From assembly GCA_963665665.1 (NCBI GenBank), contig OY762428.1, forward strand, positions 2,048,001 through 2,112,000: DNA of 64,000 nucleotides, given 5' to 3'. A program made the translations under genes and the position numbers. Shown here piece by piece: positions 47,599 to 57,628 of the stretch. The DNA is from Candidatus Kapaibacterium sp. GTDB lineage: Bacteria > Bacteroidota > Ignavibacteria > Kapaibacteriales > UBA2268. Positions within the stretch are counted from its first letter, which is position 1. Each line of letters begins with the position of its first letter. Under the pieces are notes generated by a model. The model saw only the letters and a list, made by a program, of their open reading frames with translations, was not told the origin of the DNA and searched no databases.

Positions 47599-49044
47599 AT
47601 GCTATTTAATTCAATAGAATTTGCAATATTTTTACCAATAGTGTTTTTTCTATATTGGTTTGTTTTTAATAAAAATTTAAAAACACAAAATGCTTTTGTT
47701 CTGATTGCAAGTTATTTTTTCTATGGTTGGTGGGACTGGCGTTTTCTTTCTCTTATTGCTATTAGTTCTTTTGTTGATTATTTTGTTGGAATTTATTTAT
47801 CGAAATCAGAAAATCCGAAACAAAGAAAATTACTTTTATTAACCAGTATTTTTTTTAATCTCGGTTTTCTAGGATTTTTTAAATATTTCAATTTTTTTGC
47901 ACAGAGTTTTGCCGATGCTTTTACATTGCTTGGAAATCCAATTCAAGCAAGTAGTTTGAATATTGTTTTGCCGGTTGGTATAAGTTTTTATACTTTTCAA
48001 ACACTTAGCTATTCAATAGATGTGTATAGAAAAAAATTAGAACCAACAAAAGATTTTATCGCTTTTTCTGCATTTGTGGGCTTTTTTCCACAACTTGTTG
48101 CAGGTCCAATCGAAAGAGCTAAGAATTTACTACCGCAGTTTTATCAAAAGAGAACTTTTAAATATGAAGAGGCCTCCGATGGTATGCGGCAAATTCTTTG
48201 GGGACTTTTCAAAAAAATTGTTATAGCCGATAATTGTGCTGTATATGCTAATGATATTTTTACAAACTATCAGGATTATTCCGGCAGCACTTTGGTTATT
48301 GGTGCTTTATTTTTTGCATTTCAGATATATGGAGATTTTTCAGGATATTCTGATATTGCAATCGGTACGGCAAAACTCTTTGGATTCAATTTGATGCGTA
48401 ACTTTGCTTATCCATATTTTTCAAGAGATATTGCAGAATTCTGGAGACGCTGGCATATTTCATTATCTACATGGTTTAGAGATTATGTTTATATACCTCT
48501 TGGTGGGAGCAAAGTTGGTACTTGGATGAAAATCAGAAATACATTTATTATATTTATTGTAAGTGGTTTCTGGCATGGGGCAAACTGGACATTCATAATC
48601 TGGGGAGTATTGAATGCGATTTATTTCTTGCCTTTATTGCTTATGAAACAGAATAGAAAAAACCTTGATATTGTCGCACAAAATAAAATATTACCTAGCA
48701 TTAAAGAGTTTTTACTTATATCAACTACTTTTTCTTTAACAACTTTTGCATGGATTTTCTTTAGGGCAGAATCCGTTTCAATGGCTATTGATTATATTGA
48801 TAATATATTTTCTGTTTCAATATTTTCAACTCCTTATTATGATAATTTTTTAATGAGTTTAATTGTTATTTTTCTTTTATTACTATTTATATTGGTTGAA
48901 TGGTTAAACAGAAAACATACATACGGATTAAAAATTGATTATATCAAAAATAAAAAAATTAGATGGTCATTATATTTTTTTGTGATTCTTTCAATAGCAA
49001 TATTTAGAGGTTCCCAGCAACAATTCATTTATTTCCAGTTTTGA
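47599..49044 (+). CDS. MBOAT O-acyltransferase (AlgI/DltB-like)
   Basis: PVGISFYTFQ, FFPQLVAGPIER, DFSGYSDIA, FWRRWHISLS.WFRDY, SGFWHGA. Confidence 0.95.
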   Translation: MLFNSIEFAIFLPIVFFLYWFVFNKNLKTQNAFVLIASYFFYGWWDWRFLSLIAISSFVDYFVGIYLSKSENPKQRKLLLLTSIFFNLGFLGFFKYFNFFAQSFADAFTLLGNPIQASSLNIVLPVGISFYTFQTLSYSIDVYRKKLEPTKDFIAFSAFVGFFPQLVAGPIERAKNLLPQFYQKRTFKYEEASDGMRQILWGLFKKIVIADNCAVYANDIFTNYQDYSGSTLVIGALFFAFQIYGDFSGYSDIAIGTAKLFGFNLMRNFAYPYFSRDIAEFWRRWHISLSTWFRDYVYIPLGGSKVGTWMKIRNTFIIFIVSGFWHGANWTFIIWGVLNAIYFLPLLLMKQNRKNLDIVAQNKILPSIKEFLLISTTFSLTTFAWIFFRAESVSMAIDYIDNIFSVSIFSTPYYDNFLMSLIVIFLLLLFILVEWLNRKHTYGLKIDYIKNKKIRWSLYFFVILSIAIFRGSQQQFIYFQF

Positions 49045-49045
49045 A

Positions 49046-49942
49046 ATGAAAAAGTTTTTGAGTAATATATTACAATTTTCAATTTTATCAATATTTGTTA
49101 CAATATTGTTAGTTTTAATATCAGTTTTCCTCAATAAGAAAACATTTAATTATAAAATTCAAAATTCTAAAAATATTTTAATTGTTGGTGACTCTCATTC
49201 AGAATGTGCAATTAATGATCAAATATTTGAGAAAGCTTTTAATTTTGCATCAAGTGGAACATCTCAGTTCTATAATTACATAAAAATCAAGAATATGATT
49301 AATTACAATAAGCAAATTGACACGATTATACTTGGTTTTTCATATAATGATATACTTAAAAATAGGGACTCATGGTTTTACGGGGCTGAAAAAATTAAAT
49401 TTAAATTGAGAGAGTATATCTTTCTAATGAGTTTTGGAGATTATCTGGAAATTTTGAAAGCTAATCCATATGATGTTATCATTAACACTCCAAGTGCAAT
49501 AATATTTAATACAATTGGTAATTTAAGAGGTCAAAGCAATTATGGAAAATATAGATATTTAAATAAAATTATAAAAAAAAATAAAAATGAAATAAAACCA
49601 TTAAAGTTTTTAAAAGATAATATTTCAATATATAATCTCTTTTATGTAAAAAAAATATATGATTTTTGTTTAAACAATGAAATAGAATTGTTTCTACTAA
49701 ATATTCCTATTAATGAATCAAAACAGACCATTTATAAGAATTACGTTAATAAATATGAGTATATTGCAAAAGATATTTTTTCAAAGGCCACATTATTAAA
49801 TCATAGTAATTTCAAATTAGCTGATTCATGTTTTGCAGATACTGAACATTTAAATTATAAAGGTGCTGAGATTTATAGCTTGTTTTTAAAAAATGGTGGA
49901 TTGAAAATTGAACGGCTTCCTTTAAAAAAAACAGCGATTTAA
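49046..49942 (+). CDS. SGNH-like partner of MBOAT; last ~10 codons supplied by the IS end
   Basis: GDSH and D..HLN motifs; the 3' end overlaps the IS left inverted repeat. Confidence 0.75.
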   Translation: MKKFLSNILQFSILSIFVTILLVLISVFLNKKTFNYKIQNSKNILIVGDSHSECAINDQIFEKAFNFASSGTSQFYNYIKIKNMINYNKQIDTIILGFSYNDILKNRDSWFYGAEKIKFKLREYIFLMSFGDYLEILKANPYDVIINTPSAIIFNTIGNLRGQSNYGKYRYLNKIIKKNKNEIKPLKFLKDNISIYNLFYVKKIYDFCLNNEIELFLLNIPINESKQTIYKNYVNKYEYIAKDIFSKATLLNHSNFKLADSCFADTEHLNYKGAEIYSLFLKNGGLKIERLPLKKTAI

Positions 49943-49985
49943 GGTGAAATAATCTTAACTTGCAAAAAATCAAAAGGAGCATCAA

Positions 49986-50273
49986 ATGGCAAACAAACGA
50001 AGAAATTACAGTTCAAAATTCAAAATGCAGGTAGCCCTGGAGGCAGTCCAAGAGAGAAAAACAATAACCGAGCTGGCATCGGAGTACGGGGTTCATCCAA
50101 ACCAGATAAGCATGTGGAAAAAGCATTTAAAAGAAAGTGAAAAGGAAGTATTTGAAAACAAGCGTGGGCCAGGGAAGAATAAAAAAGAAAAAGACGAATC
50201 AGTATTATATGAAGAAATAGGCCGGCTAAAAATTGAATTAGACTGGTTAAAAAAAAAATTGGGCCGTGAGTAA
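49986..50273 (+). CDS. IS3 transposase OrfA (HTH)
   Basis: FK.QVALEA...TITELASEYGVHPNQIS.WK, LYEEIGRLK.ELDWLKKK; A10 slippery run at 50249-50258. Confidence 0.93.
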   Translation: MANKRRNYSSKFKMQVALEAVQERKTITELASEYGVHPNQISMWKKHLKESEKEVFENKRGPGKNKKEKDESVLYEEIGRLKIELDWLKKKLGRE

Positions 50274-51111
50274 AGAAGAACGCAGGAAGATGGTAGATGC
50301 TGATAATAAAGAAATTAGCATAAGCCGGCAGTGCGAGCTTTTGGGTATTAGCAGGAGCTGTTATTATTACAAACCCAAGGGTGAAAGTGAAGCAAATATT
50401 CTATATATGAAGCTGATCAAAGAACAATTCGCGATTACTCCATTTTATGGAGCCAGAAAAATGACAGCACACTTACGTTCTTTGGGATACCATGTTAACT
50501 ATAAACGAATCAGGCGATTAATGAAATTATTGGGACTTCGGGCAATATATCCCCAACCGGACACGAGCAAACCGAACAAGGAGCACAAAATTTATCCATA
50601 CCTGTTGAGGGATATGAAAATAAGTCGTCCGGATCAGGTTTGGAGCCTGGATATAACATATATTCCGATGCGTAAAGGATTTATGTATCTTATAGCAATT
50701 ATAGATGTTTATAGCAGGTATATCGTCGACTGGGAATTATCGAATAACCTTGAGAAGGAGTTCTGCATAGATACAATAAAAAGGTCTTTGAAAACCAGGA
50801 AACCGGAAATAACAAACACGGATCAGGGCAGTCAGTTCACGAGCAATGATTTTGTGAAAACGATTCTGGATGCTGATGTTAAGGTAAGCATGGACGGCAA
50901 GGGCCGCGCCTTGGACAATGTTTACATAGAACGCTTCTGGCGGAGCTTTAAATACGAAGACCTGTATCTGAAGTCTTACGAAGACGGAAAAGAGCTCTAT
51001 GGCGGTATAAAGGCTTATGTCGATTGGTATAACAACACGAGGCCGCACGCAGGAATTGAATACCAGATTCCGGCTGAAAAATATATGAACGAACAGCGGT
51101 TCGTTAATTGA
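50266..51111 (+). CDS. IS3 transposase OrfB (DDE integrase core)
   Basis: WSLDITYI, NTDQGSQFTS, DNVYIERFWRS.KYE. Confidence 0.95.
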   Translation: MSKEERRKMVDADNKEISISRQCELLGISRSCYYYKPKGESEANILYMKLIKEQFAITPFYGARKMTAHLRSLGYHVNYKRIRRLMKLLGLRAIYPQPDTSKPNKEHKIYPYLLRDMKISRPDQVWSLDITYIPMRKGFMYLIAIIDVYSRYIVDWELSNNLEKEFCIDTIKRSLKTRKPEITNTDQGSQFTSNDFVKTILDADVKVSMDGKGRALDNVYIERFWRSFKYEDLYLKSYEDGKELYGGIKAYVDWYNNTRPHAGIEYQIPAEKYMNEQRFVN

Positions 51112-51621
51112 AAACTTTGTTGGAAAAGTGAAAAAATGCAATCCGGTAAGCAATTGATAAAAAAAGAAATAGAAAGGAGAGTGAAAGTTATCCACAATTT
51201 CCAGGTTGTTAACAAAAAGAAAAAAAAGTAGCAAAAAAAAGAAAAATTAATATTATTACATATTTTTTTCTTATTTTATTAGAGAAGAAGTATAGATTAA
51301 TAAACACCATAAACTATACTTTTATTTGTCTAAGCAATAGGGAGCATTTCATTTGACAATTTGTAATATTTTCAATGTTGAAAATAATGTTTCGTTAACA
51401 ATTTACAAACAAAAGGTGATTTATTCCATTAAAGATAAAAACCTCTTAACTTGGTGTAAATATAACTGGGGGTACTCCAGTTTTTCACCTGAACAAAACC
51501 AAAAAATTTAAAAATTCTTATTATCAGATAACTAATTATAAATTGAATGAAAAATTATCAACTTGAAAGTCTCAATATAAGATGAAGCAATTGGAAATAC
51601 TTTTATAATACAACAATAATT

Positions 51622-54402
51622 ATGATAAAATTAAATACAGCACTAAAAAAAATAGAACCGTACTATCCATTCTTTGTTATAGGTTTTGCAGTGATATATG
51701 GTATTATTTATGGTTTATTTTTGTATTTCCCTTCACCAGATGAATGGCAATATTTACATGAAACAATTGTTATCTCTGAATATCTAAAAAATTGGGAATG
51801 GTTTGGAAATGCACAAGTAGGTACACATGGTTCATTATTCAAAATTCCACCTGCAATAATAATGATATTTACCAAGCCAACTATTTATATACCTTATTTT
51901 TATCATGTTTTACTAATATGTTTCAATGTAATTGTTTTCTATAAGGTCGCATTGATATTATTCAATTCAAAAGGCTGGAGTTTTGTTGCTACTTTTTACT
52001 TCATTGCCTCTAGCTTGATGTTACAAGGTTCTTTCAGATATCTAAGAGAAACACCCTCAATCTTGATACTCACAGTATTATTTTATACGATTTTAACAAA
52101 AAAACACAGTTTAATTATTGGTATTGTTTTATTAATATTGCTCGAAGCAAAAGAATACATAGGAATTATGGGAATTGGCGGGGTATTACTTTATTATTCT
52201 TATAATTATTTGAAGGAAATGAAAACAATATTTTCATTAAAATCTATTGGAGTTTATTTAATAAGGTCTGCTGCTACAGTAATTCCATCATTTATTTTTC
52301 TTTTTTTGATGTATTATACAGGATTTATTCCTGAGAATAAACATATTAGTTTAATTTTTGGATTAAATTTCAATCATCTTAATCAGAATATAATCATAAA
52401 CCCAAGCTCTTCTGCTTATTCACTTGATAAAAGATTTAGAAAATATGCCAATCCAGTCAGAAGTAAGAATAATTTTAAATCCACTAAAAGATTTGTTGAT
52501 ATTGTTGATTATATTCATTTTAAAAATAACACAGATAATGATATTGATTATTCAAAATTAAAATATGATTTTTCTAAATATGAGGAAGATATAAATTCAA
52601 ATGTTGATAATGCTTTTATTTTTGATAATGATAAAGAAAATAATATTCAAATAAAGAAAGGAAAAAATAATTTAATTAGTAAAAAAAGGAATTTAATTTC
52701 AATTATTAAAGTAAATCAAAAACTTGAACTGGCATATAATTATACACCTCCTCCAAAACCAACAAGCAATAAGGAAGAATCCCAGGCATCTGCCACCCCC
52801 CCAACAAGCAATAAGGAAGAATCCCAGGCATCTGCCGCCCCCCCAACAAGCAATAAGGAAGAATCCCAGGCATCTGCCGCCCCCCCAACAAGCAATAAGG
52901 AAGAATCCCAGGCATCTGCCGCCCCCCCAACAAGCAATAAGGAAGAATCCCAGGCATCTGCCGCCCCCCCAACAAGCAATAAGGAAGAATCCCAGGCATC
53001 TGCCACCCCCCCAACAAGCAATAAGGAAGAATCCAAAGCATTACCAATCAAAGAAACATTTGTAGTAGATTACATAGATGATGAAAAGAAAACAAAAAAA
53101 ATTGAGAATAATAAAAATAATAAGGAAATTAAAAAGAATTCTAAAATAGTGAATAATGATGGGTATATTACAAAAACTATCAAATATAAAGGTATTAAAG
53201 AAAATACGAAAGACAAAGTTAAAATTAATAGAGATTATGGAACTGACAATAATATTAATAGAATGGATTATCTCGGGTTAATACAGGATATTACCTTACA
53301 AGTTTCATATATTATTGTATTAATAGTTAACAGAGTATTTACTGAATCTACATTTAATTATGCTTCAGTTCCAATTTATATAATTATTATTTCTTTAATT
53401 TCTATTATGAATATCATTATTTCAGGTAGATCTAATTGGAGTTTAATTTTAATATTTTTCTTTGTTTTTCTTGCATTTTTTTTACTTAGAACTCATCAAT
53501 CAAGATATTTACATCCAAATATTTTACCTATAGCACTTTTGTTTATTTATTTTGCAAAAAATGTAATTTATAAAAAGAAACATCTCTTGTTATTCATAAT
53601 AATTTCTATTCCTGCTTCAATTTTTCAATTAATTTATGCCGGTTTCGCTTTTACTTTCTTGCCTTCATTATTTGTTCAATTTGTTTTGATTGTATTATTT
53701 CTTGTTAAGCGACCTGAAATTAAAAAAATTGTTATAGGAGTTTTTATATTTTTTACTATATCTTTTAGTATTATTTACGTGGTTAGATCTTGGATGAATG
53801 TTGAAAATGAAATCGGTATTGACAATTATGAAGAAAAGATGAGAAAATATTCTTCATATTTCGACCTCAATAATAATGTTTACTTTTTACATTCTTTAAC
53901 TAATCCTAGATTTTATTTTGAAGGTATAAAATTTTATAATAGAGATATTAATACCGGAGCTTTATTCTATAGAGCACATTATGACTACTTAGATCCAAAA
54001 TTTCCAAAATTTTATTACATTGATTATTATAAACCAAACATTTTTGATTTTCAGTATTATGGGTTGAAATCTCAATTCTCATGGTATGGTATATTATTAC
54101 GTCCTTTTAACGATAAATGGAAAATGAATATTAATAAAGTTGCCTTTGTAGTAAGTAAAAATTTTGAATATTTAAAGTTTGAATTTAAATATTCTAATAA
54201 TAATCAATCAATATTATTAGATCAATTTGATTCGGATATTAGTAGTAAAATTAGATATTGGGAGAGGGCAACATATTATAAAGATATATTATACAAAACA
54301 AAACCGGATTGGCTTATACTTGAAGAAGTTCATGAATTATGGGATAATCAGGAGTTAAGAATTTATGGAATAGATAATAAATACAGAAAAATTGAAAATT
54401 GA
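51622..54402 (+). CDS. large polytopic membrane protein (GT-C-like) with internal repeat-containing loop
   Basis: PDEWQY first-loop motif, multiple TM blocks, SRYLHP; long hydrophilic insert. Confidence 0.65.
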   Translation: MIKLNTALKKIEPYYPFFVIGFAVIYGIIYGLFLYFPSPDEWQYLHETIVISEYLKNWEWFGNAQVGTHGSLFKIPPAIIMIFTKPTIYIPYFYHVLLICFNVIVFYKVALILFNSKGWSFVATFYFIASSLMLQGSFRYLRETPSILILTVLFYTILTKKHSLIIGIVLLILLEAKEYIGIMGIGGVLLYYSYNYLKEMKTIFSLKSIGVYLIRSAATVIPSFIFLFLMYYTGFIPENKHISLIFGLNFNHLNQNIIINPSSSAYSLDKRFRKYANPVRSKNNFKSTKRFVDIVDYIHFKNNTDNDIDYSKLKYDFSKYEEDINSNVDNAFIFDNDKENNIQIKKGKNNLISKKRNLISIIKVNQKLELAYNYTPPPKPTSNKEESQASATPPTSNKEESQASAAPPTSNKEESQASAAPPTSNKEESQASAAPPTSNKEESQASAAPPTSNKEESQASATPPTSNKEESKALPIKETFVVDYIDDEKKTKKIENNKNNKEIKKNSKIVNNDGYITKTIKYKGIKENTKDKVKINRDYGTDNNINRMDYLGLIQDITLQVSYIIVLIVNRVFTESTFNYASVPIYIIIISLISIMNIIISGRSNWSLILIFFFVFLAFFLLRTHQSRYLHPNILPIALLFIYFAKNVIYKKKHLLLFIIISIPASIFQLIYAGFAFTFLPSLFVQFVLIVLFLVKRPEIKKIVIGVFIFFTISFSIIYVVRSWMNVENEIGIDNYEEKMRKYSSYFDLNNNVYFLHSLTNPRFYFEGIKFYNRDINTGALFYRAHYDYLDPKFPKFYYIDYYKPNIFDFQYYGLKSQFSWYGILLRPFNDKWKMNINKVAFVVSKNFEYLKFEFKYSNNNQSILLDQFDSDISSKIRYWERATYYKDILYKTKPDWLILEEVHELWDNQELRIYGIDNKYRKIEN
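52759..53034 (+). repeat. 42-bp in-frame tandem repeat, 6 full copies plus a partial
   Basis: CCAACAAGCAATAAGGAAGAATCCCAGGCATCTGCC(A/G)CCCCC at 52759, 52801, 52843, 52885, 52927, 52969 and partial at 53011; encodes PTSNKEESQASA(A/T)P. Confidence 0.97.
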
Positions 54403-54444
54403 AATTGTTTAAGTATATTCAAAATATAATAATAAGGTTAAGGT

Positions 54445-55986
54445 TTGGACGCTGCTGAAAAGGTCGTATTTAACACTGCAATATTATATATTCGCTTATT
54501 AATTGTGATGATATTGGGTCTGTTAATTACAAGAATTGTTTTAGATTCATTAGGAGAAATTAATTATGGAATTTACACTTTAGTAGCGGGTGTAATTGGA
54601 GTTTTAGGTGTGTTACAGTCAGCTATGTCAAATACCTCAATGCGGTTTATTTCTCATAGTTTAGGTTCAGGCGATAAAGATTTGTTGAGATCAACATTTA
54701 GTACTACTCTTAAAATTCATTTACTTTTTGGGGTACTAATTTTCGTTTTTATTGAAATTGGAGGTTTATTTTTTTTTAAGTATTTTCTTGATATTCCAGC
54801 TGATAAGATTTTTGATGCAAAAATATTATTCCATTTTATGGCAATTACAGTATTTATTAGTGTCATAGCTGTTCCGTATGATGCCGTGATATATGCACAT
54901 GAAAATATTTTATTTCTATCAATTGTTGATTTAATTGGCATCATACTCCATCTATTACTTGCAATATCTTTAATATATTTAAGTGATTTTCTGTTGATTA
55001 TCTATGGTGGTGGTATCTTATTAATTGAAACAATTAAAAGGATAATTAAGCAAAGATACAGCTATAGAAAATATCCTGAGTGTAAATATGATCCACATAA
55101 ATCAAAGGATAAAGTTTTAATTAGAAGTATTCTTTCATTTTCGGGATGGAACTTTTTCGGTTCGATTGCTGCTATCAGCATTTCTCAGTTTAGGAGTGTT
55201 TTACTAAATATATTTTTTGGTGTACGTATTAATGCATCAGAAGGTATTGCAAAAACTGTTACAAATAATATTAATACAGTTTCAGCAAATTTAACTCAAG
55301 CAATAAATCCACAATTAGTAAAAAGTGAAGGTGGTGGTGATAGAGAAAGAATGCTGAGGATGACATCAATTTCAACTAAATTATCAGTATTTTTATATTC
55401 AATTTTTGCAATACCTGTTTTTATAGAATTACCCTATTTATTTATTTTGTGGCTAAAAGAAGTGCCTGATTTTGCAGTAATATTTGCAAGATTATCATTA
55501 ATTGCAATTTTTATTGAAAAATTTTCATTCCAATTAACAAATGCAATAAGAGCTGTGGGCGATATTCGAAATCTAACAGTAACAGAATCATTTATTATAT
55601 TTCTTAATTTACCTGTTACTTATTTTTTATTTAAAATGGATTTCCCAGAACATACTATATATACGATTGGTATATTTATAACAGCAATAATTTATTTTGA
55701 AAGGCTTTATTTTGCCAAAAATATTCTAAAAATTAAACTGATTAAATTCGTCAAAGAGACCTTATTGGTATCTGCTGTACCATTATTTCTTTCTATTATA
55801 TTAGTATATTTGGTGAATGTATCATTTGATAAAGGTTTGTTCAGGGCTTTTTTTTCATTTATTCTTTTTGCTATTTCTTATAGTTTTTTATTTATAAATT
55901 TTAGTTTAACAAGAAATGAATATAAAAAATTTAAAAGCATTTTAAAAAAAATATTTATAAGGAAAAATAATGATAAATTTAATTAA
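54445..55986 (+). CDS. polysaccharide flippase (Wzx/MOP family)
   Basis: NT..LY.R..I.M...L...R..L..LG...YG.Y pattern, ~12-14 TM, FSGWNFFG; TTG start. Confidence 0.88.
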   Translation: MDAAEKVVFNTAILYIRLLIVMILGLLITRIVLDSLGEINYGIYTLVAGVIGVLGVLQSAMSNTSMRFISHSLGSGDKDLLRSTFSTTLKIHLLFGVLIFVFIEIGGLFFFKYFLDIPADKIFDAKILFHFMAITVFISVIAVPYDAVIYAHENILFLSIVDLIGIILHLLLAISLIYLSDFLLIIYGGGILLIETIKRIIKQRYSYRKYPECKYDPHKSKDKVLIRSILSFSGWNFFGSIAAISISQFRSVLLNIFFGVRINASEGIAKTVTNNINTVSANLTQAINPQLVKSEGGGDRERMLRMTSISTKLSVFLYSIFAIPVFIELPYLFILWLKEVPDFAVIFARLSLIAIFIEKFSFQLTNAIRAVGDIRNLTVTESFIIFLNLPVTYFLFKMDFPEHTIYTIGIFITAIIYFERLYFAKNILKIKLIKFVKETLLVSAVPLFLSIILVYLVNVSFDKGLFRAFFSFILFAISYSFLFINFSLTRNEYKKFKSILKKIFIRKNNDKFN

Positions 55987-56656
55987 AACAAGATTAAATT
56001 TATATAGTAAGAGATATTACTCTCAATTTGGAGAAGACATTATTATTAATACCATCTTTAATTCTAAGGAACCTGGTTTTTATATTGACGTTGGGGCTTA
56101 TCATCCGATTATATTTTCAAATACATATTTACTATATAAAAAAGGCTGGTGTGGGATTAATGTTGATGCTATGCCCGGAAGTATGAAAATATTCAATAAA
56201 AAAAGAAAATTTGACATTAATATTGAAAATCCTGTATTTGATATAGATACTGATATCACATATTATTCTTTTAAAGAACAGGCATATAATACTATTGATA
56301 TAAATGTTGTAGATTATCTTAATAAAATTGGAATTAATTTTGTTAATAAATACGAATTAAAAACAATGAAACTTGAAAATATTATTAAAAATCATAAACC
56401 TGAATTGTCTGAAATTGATTTTCTTAATATTGATGCAGAAGGAGTTGATTTTAATGTTTTAAAATCACTAAACTTTGATGTATATCAACCCAAATTAATA
56501 TTAATTGAAATTTGGCATAAAGACATTGAAGAGTTGTTTTCGACTGACATATTTAAATTTTTAAAAAATTATAATTATTTTTTATATTCAAAAATATTAA
56601 ACTCTGTATTTTTTATAAGAGAAGATTTCTATAAAAGAAGGTTTAAAAATGATTAA
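55970..56656 (+). CDS. FkbM family methyltransferase
   Basis: YSQFGED, YIDVGAYHP, GW.GINVD, IDFLNIDAEG. Confidence 0.92.
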   Translation: MINLIKTRLNLYSKRYYSQFGEDIIINTIFNSKEPGFYIDVGAYHPIIFSNTYLLYKKGWCGINVDAMPGSMKIFNKKRKFDINIENPVFDIDTDITYYSFKEQAYNTIDINVVDYLNKIGINFVNKYELKTMKLENIIKNHKPELSEIDFLNIDAEGVDFNVLKSLNFDVYQPKLILIEIWHKDIEELFSTDIFKFLKNYNYFLYSKILNSVFFIREDFYKRRFKND

Positions 56657-57620
56657 TGACTATAAAATTTCGGCTCCCATCCTTTTTATAGCTTTCAATC
56701 GTCCTGATATTACCAAAATAACTTTTGATTATATCAGAAAAGCGAAACCTTCTAAGCTTTATGTTGCTGTTGATGGAGCAAGGCAGGATAAGGAAAATGA
56801 AGATAAATTGATTGATCAAGTAAAACGTATTGTTGAAAATGTTAATTGGAAATGTGATGTCAATTACAAGTATAATGAAGCAAATCAGGGAGCTGAAATC
56901 ACAGTTTCTTCTGCTGTATCATGGGTATTAGACAAGGAAGAATTTGTTATTGTACTTGAAGATGATATAGTAGCACCGTTAGCATTTTTAAAATTTGCTC
57001 AGGAAATGCTAATAAAATATAGAAACAATGAACAGGTATGGATGGTTGCCGGCCCCAATTCTACCCCTTATCCACATCCAGATAAATACGATTATTTCTA
57101 CTCAAGATATGGACATACATGGGGTTGGGCAACCTGGAAGAGAGTTTGGGATAAATTCGATTTGAATACAGAAATTGAAAATGAGTATATAGATTTAAAT
57201 TATTTAAAAAATAAAACAAATTCTATTCAGGAAGCAGAATACTATAAAAATCTATTTTCAATTTTGAAGGAAAATGGCAAAGGTAATAACACTTGGGATT
57301 ACATTTTTGCATATTTAAGATTTATTAATAATGCAATGTCAATTGTTCCAAGAGTTAATTTGACATCAAACATTGGTGTATATGGTTTACACGCAAGAGG
57401 AGCAAGGTATAATCATTTTCGTCCAATTGATTATCATTTCAAAATACAAAAACATCCTGAAAAAATCGAATGCTATACAGATTATGACTTATATCATTTC
57501 AAAAAACATATTAAGCAAAAAAATATATTTTTAAGAAAAATAAAAAATTTGGAAAGTAGAATTGTTGGTTATAAAAGATTAAAAAAATTCGAGAGAACTT
57601 TAACAATTGACCAATTATAG
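56649..57620 (+). CDS. GT-A nucleotide-diphospho-sugar transferase
   Basis: PILFIAFNRPD, VLEDD, WGWATWKR, TWDY, N..SNIG. Confidence 0.85.
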   Translation: MINDYKISAPILFIAFNRPDITKITFDYIRKAKPSKLYVAVDGARQDKENEDKLIDQVKRIVENVNWKCDVNYKYNEANQGAEITVSSAVSWVLDKEEFVIVLEDDIVAPLAFLKFAQEMLIKYRNNEQVWMVAGPNSTPYPHPDKYDYFYSRYGHTWGWATWKRVWDKFDLNTEIENEYIDLNYLKNKTNSIQEAEYYKNLFSILKENGKGNNTWDYIFAYLRFINNAMSIVPRVNLTSNIGVYGLHARGARYNHFRPIDYHFKIQKHPEKIECYTDYDLYHFKKHIKQKNIFLRKIKNLESRIVGYKRLKKFERTLTIDQL

Positions 57621-57628
57621 TAAATATC

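Larger units (their letters stand above)
49909..51351 (+). mobile_element. IS3-family insertion sequence
   Basis: IRL TGAACGGCTTCCTTTAAAAAAAACA (49909-49933) versus reverse-complemented IRR TGAAATGCTCCCTATTGCTTAGACA (51327-51351), 15/25 identical; orfA/orfB organisation; no clear target-site duplication. Confidence 0.85.

Noticed and set aside
51188-51196. oriC based on the DnaA box
   Set aside because: Single box inside an IS tail; no box cluster and no dnaA/dnaN context.
52706-53065. Three overlapping repeat ORFs (52706-, 52724+, 52740-)
   Set aside because: Alternative frames of the stop-free 42-bp tandem repeat inside the 926-aa gene.
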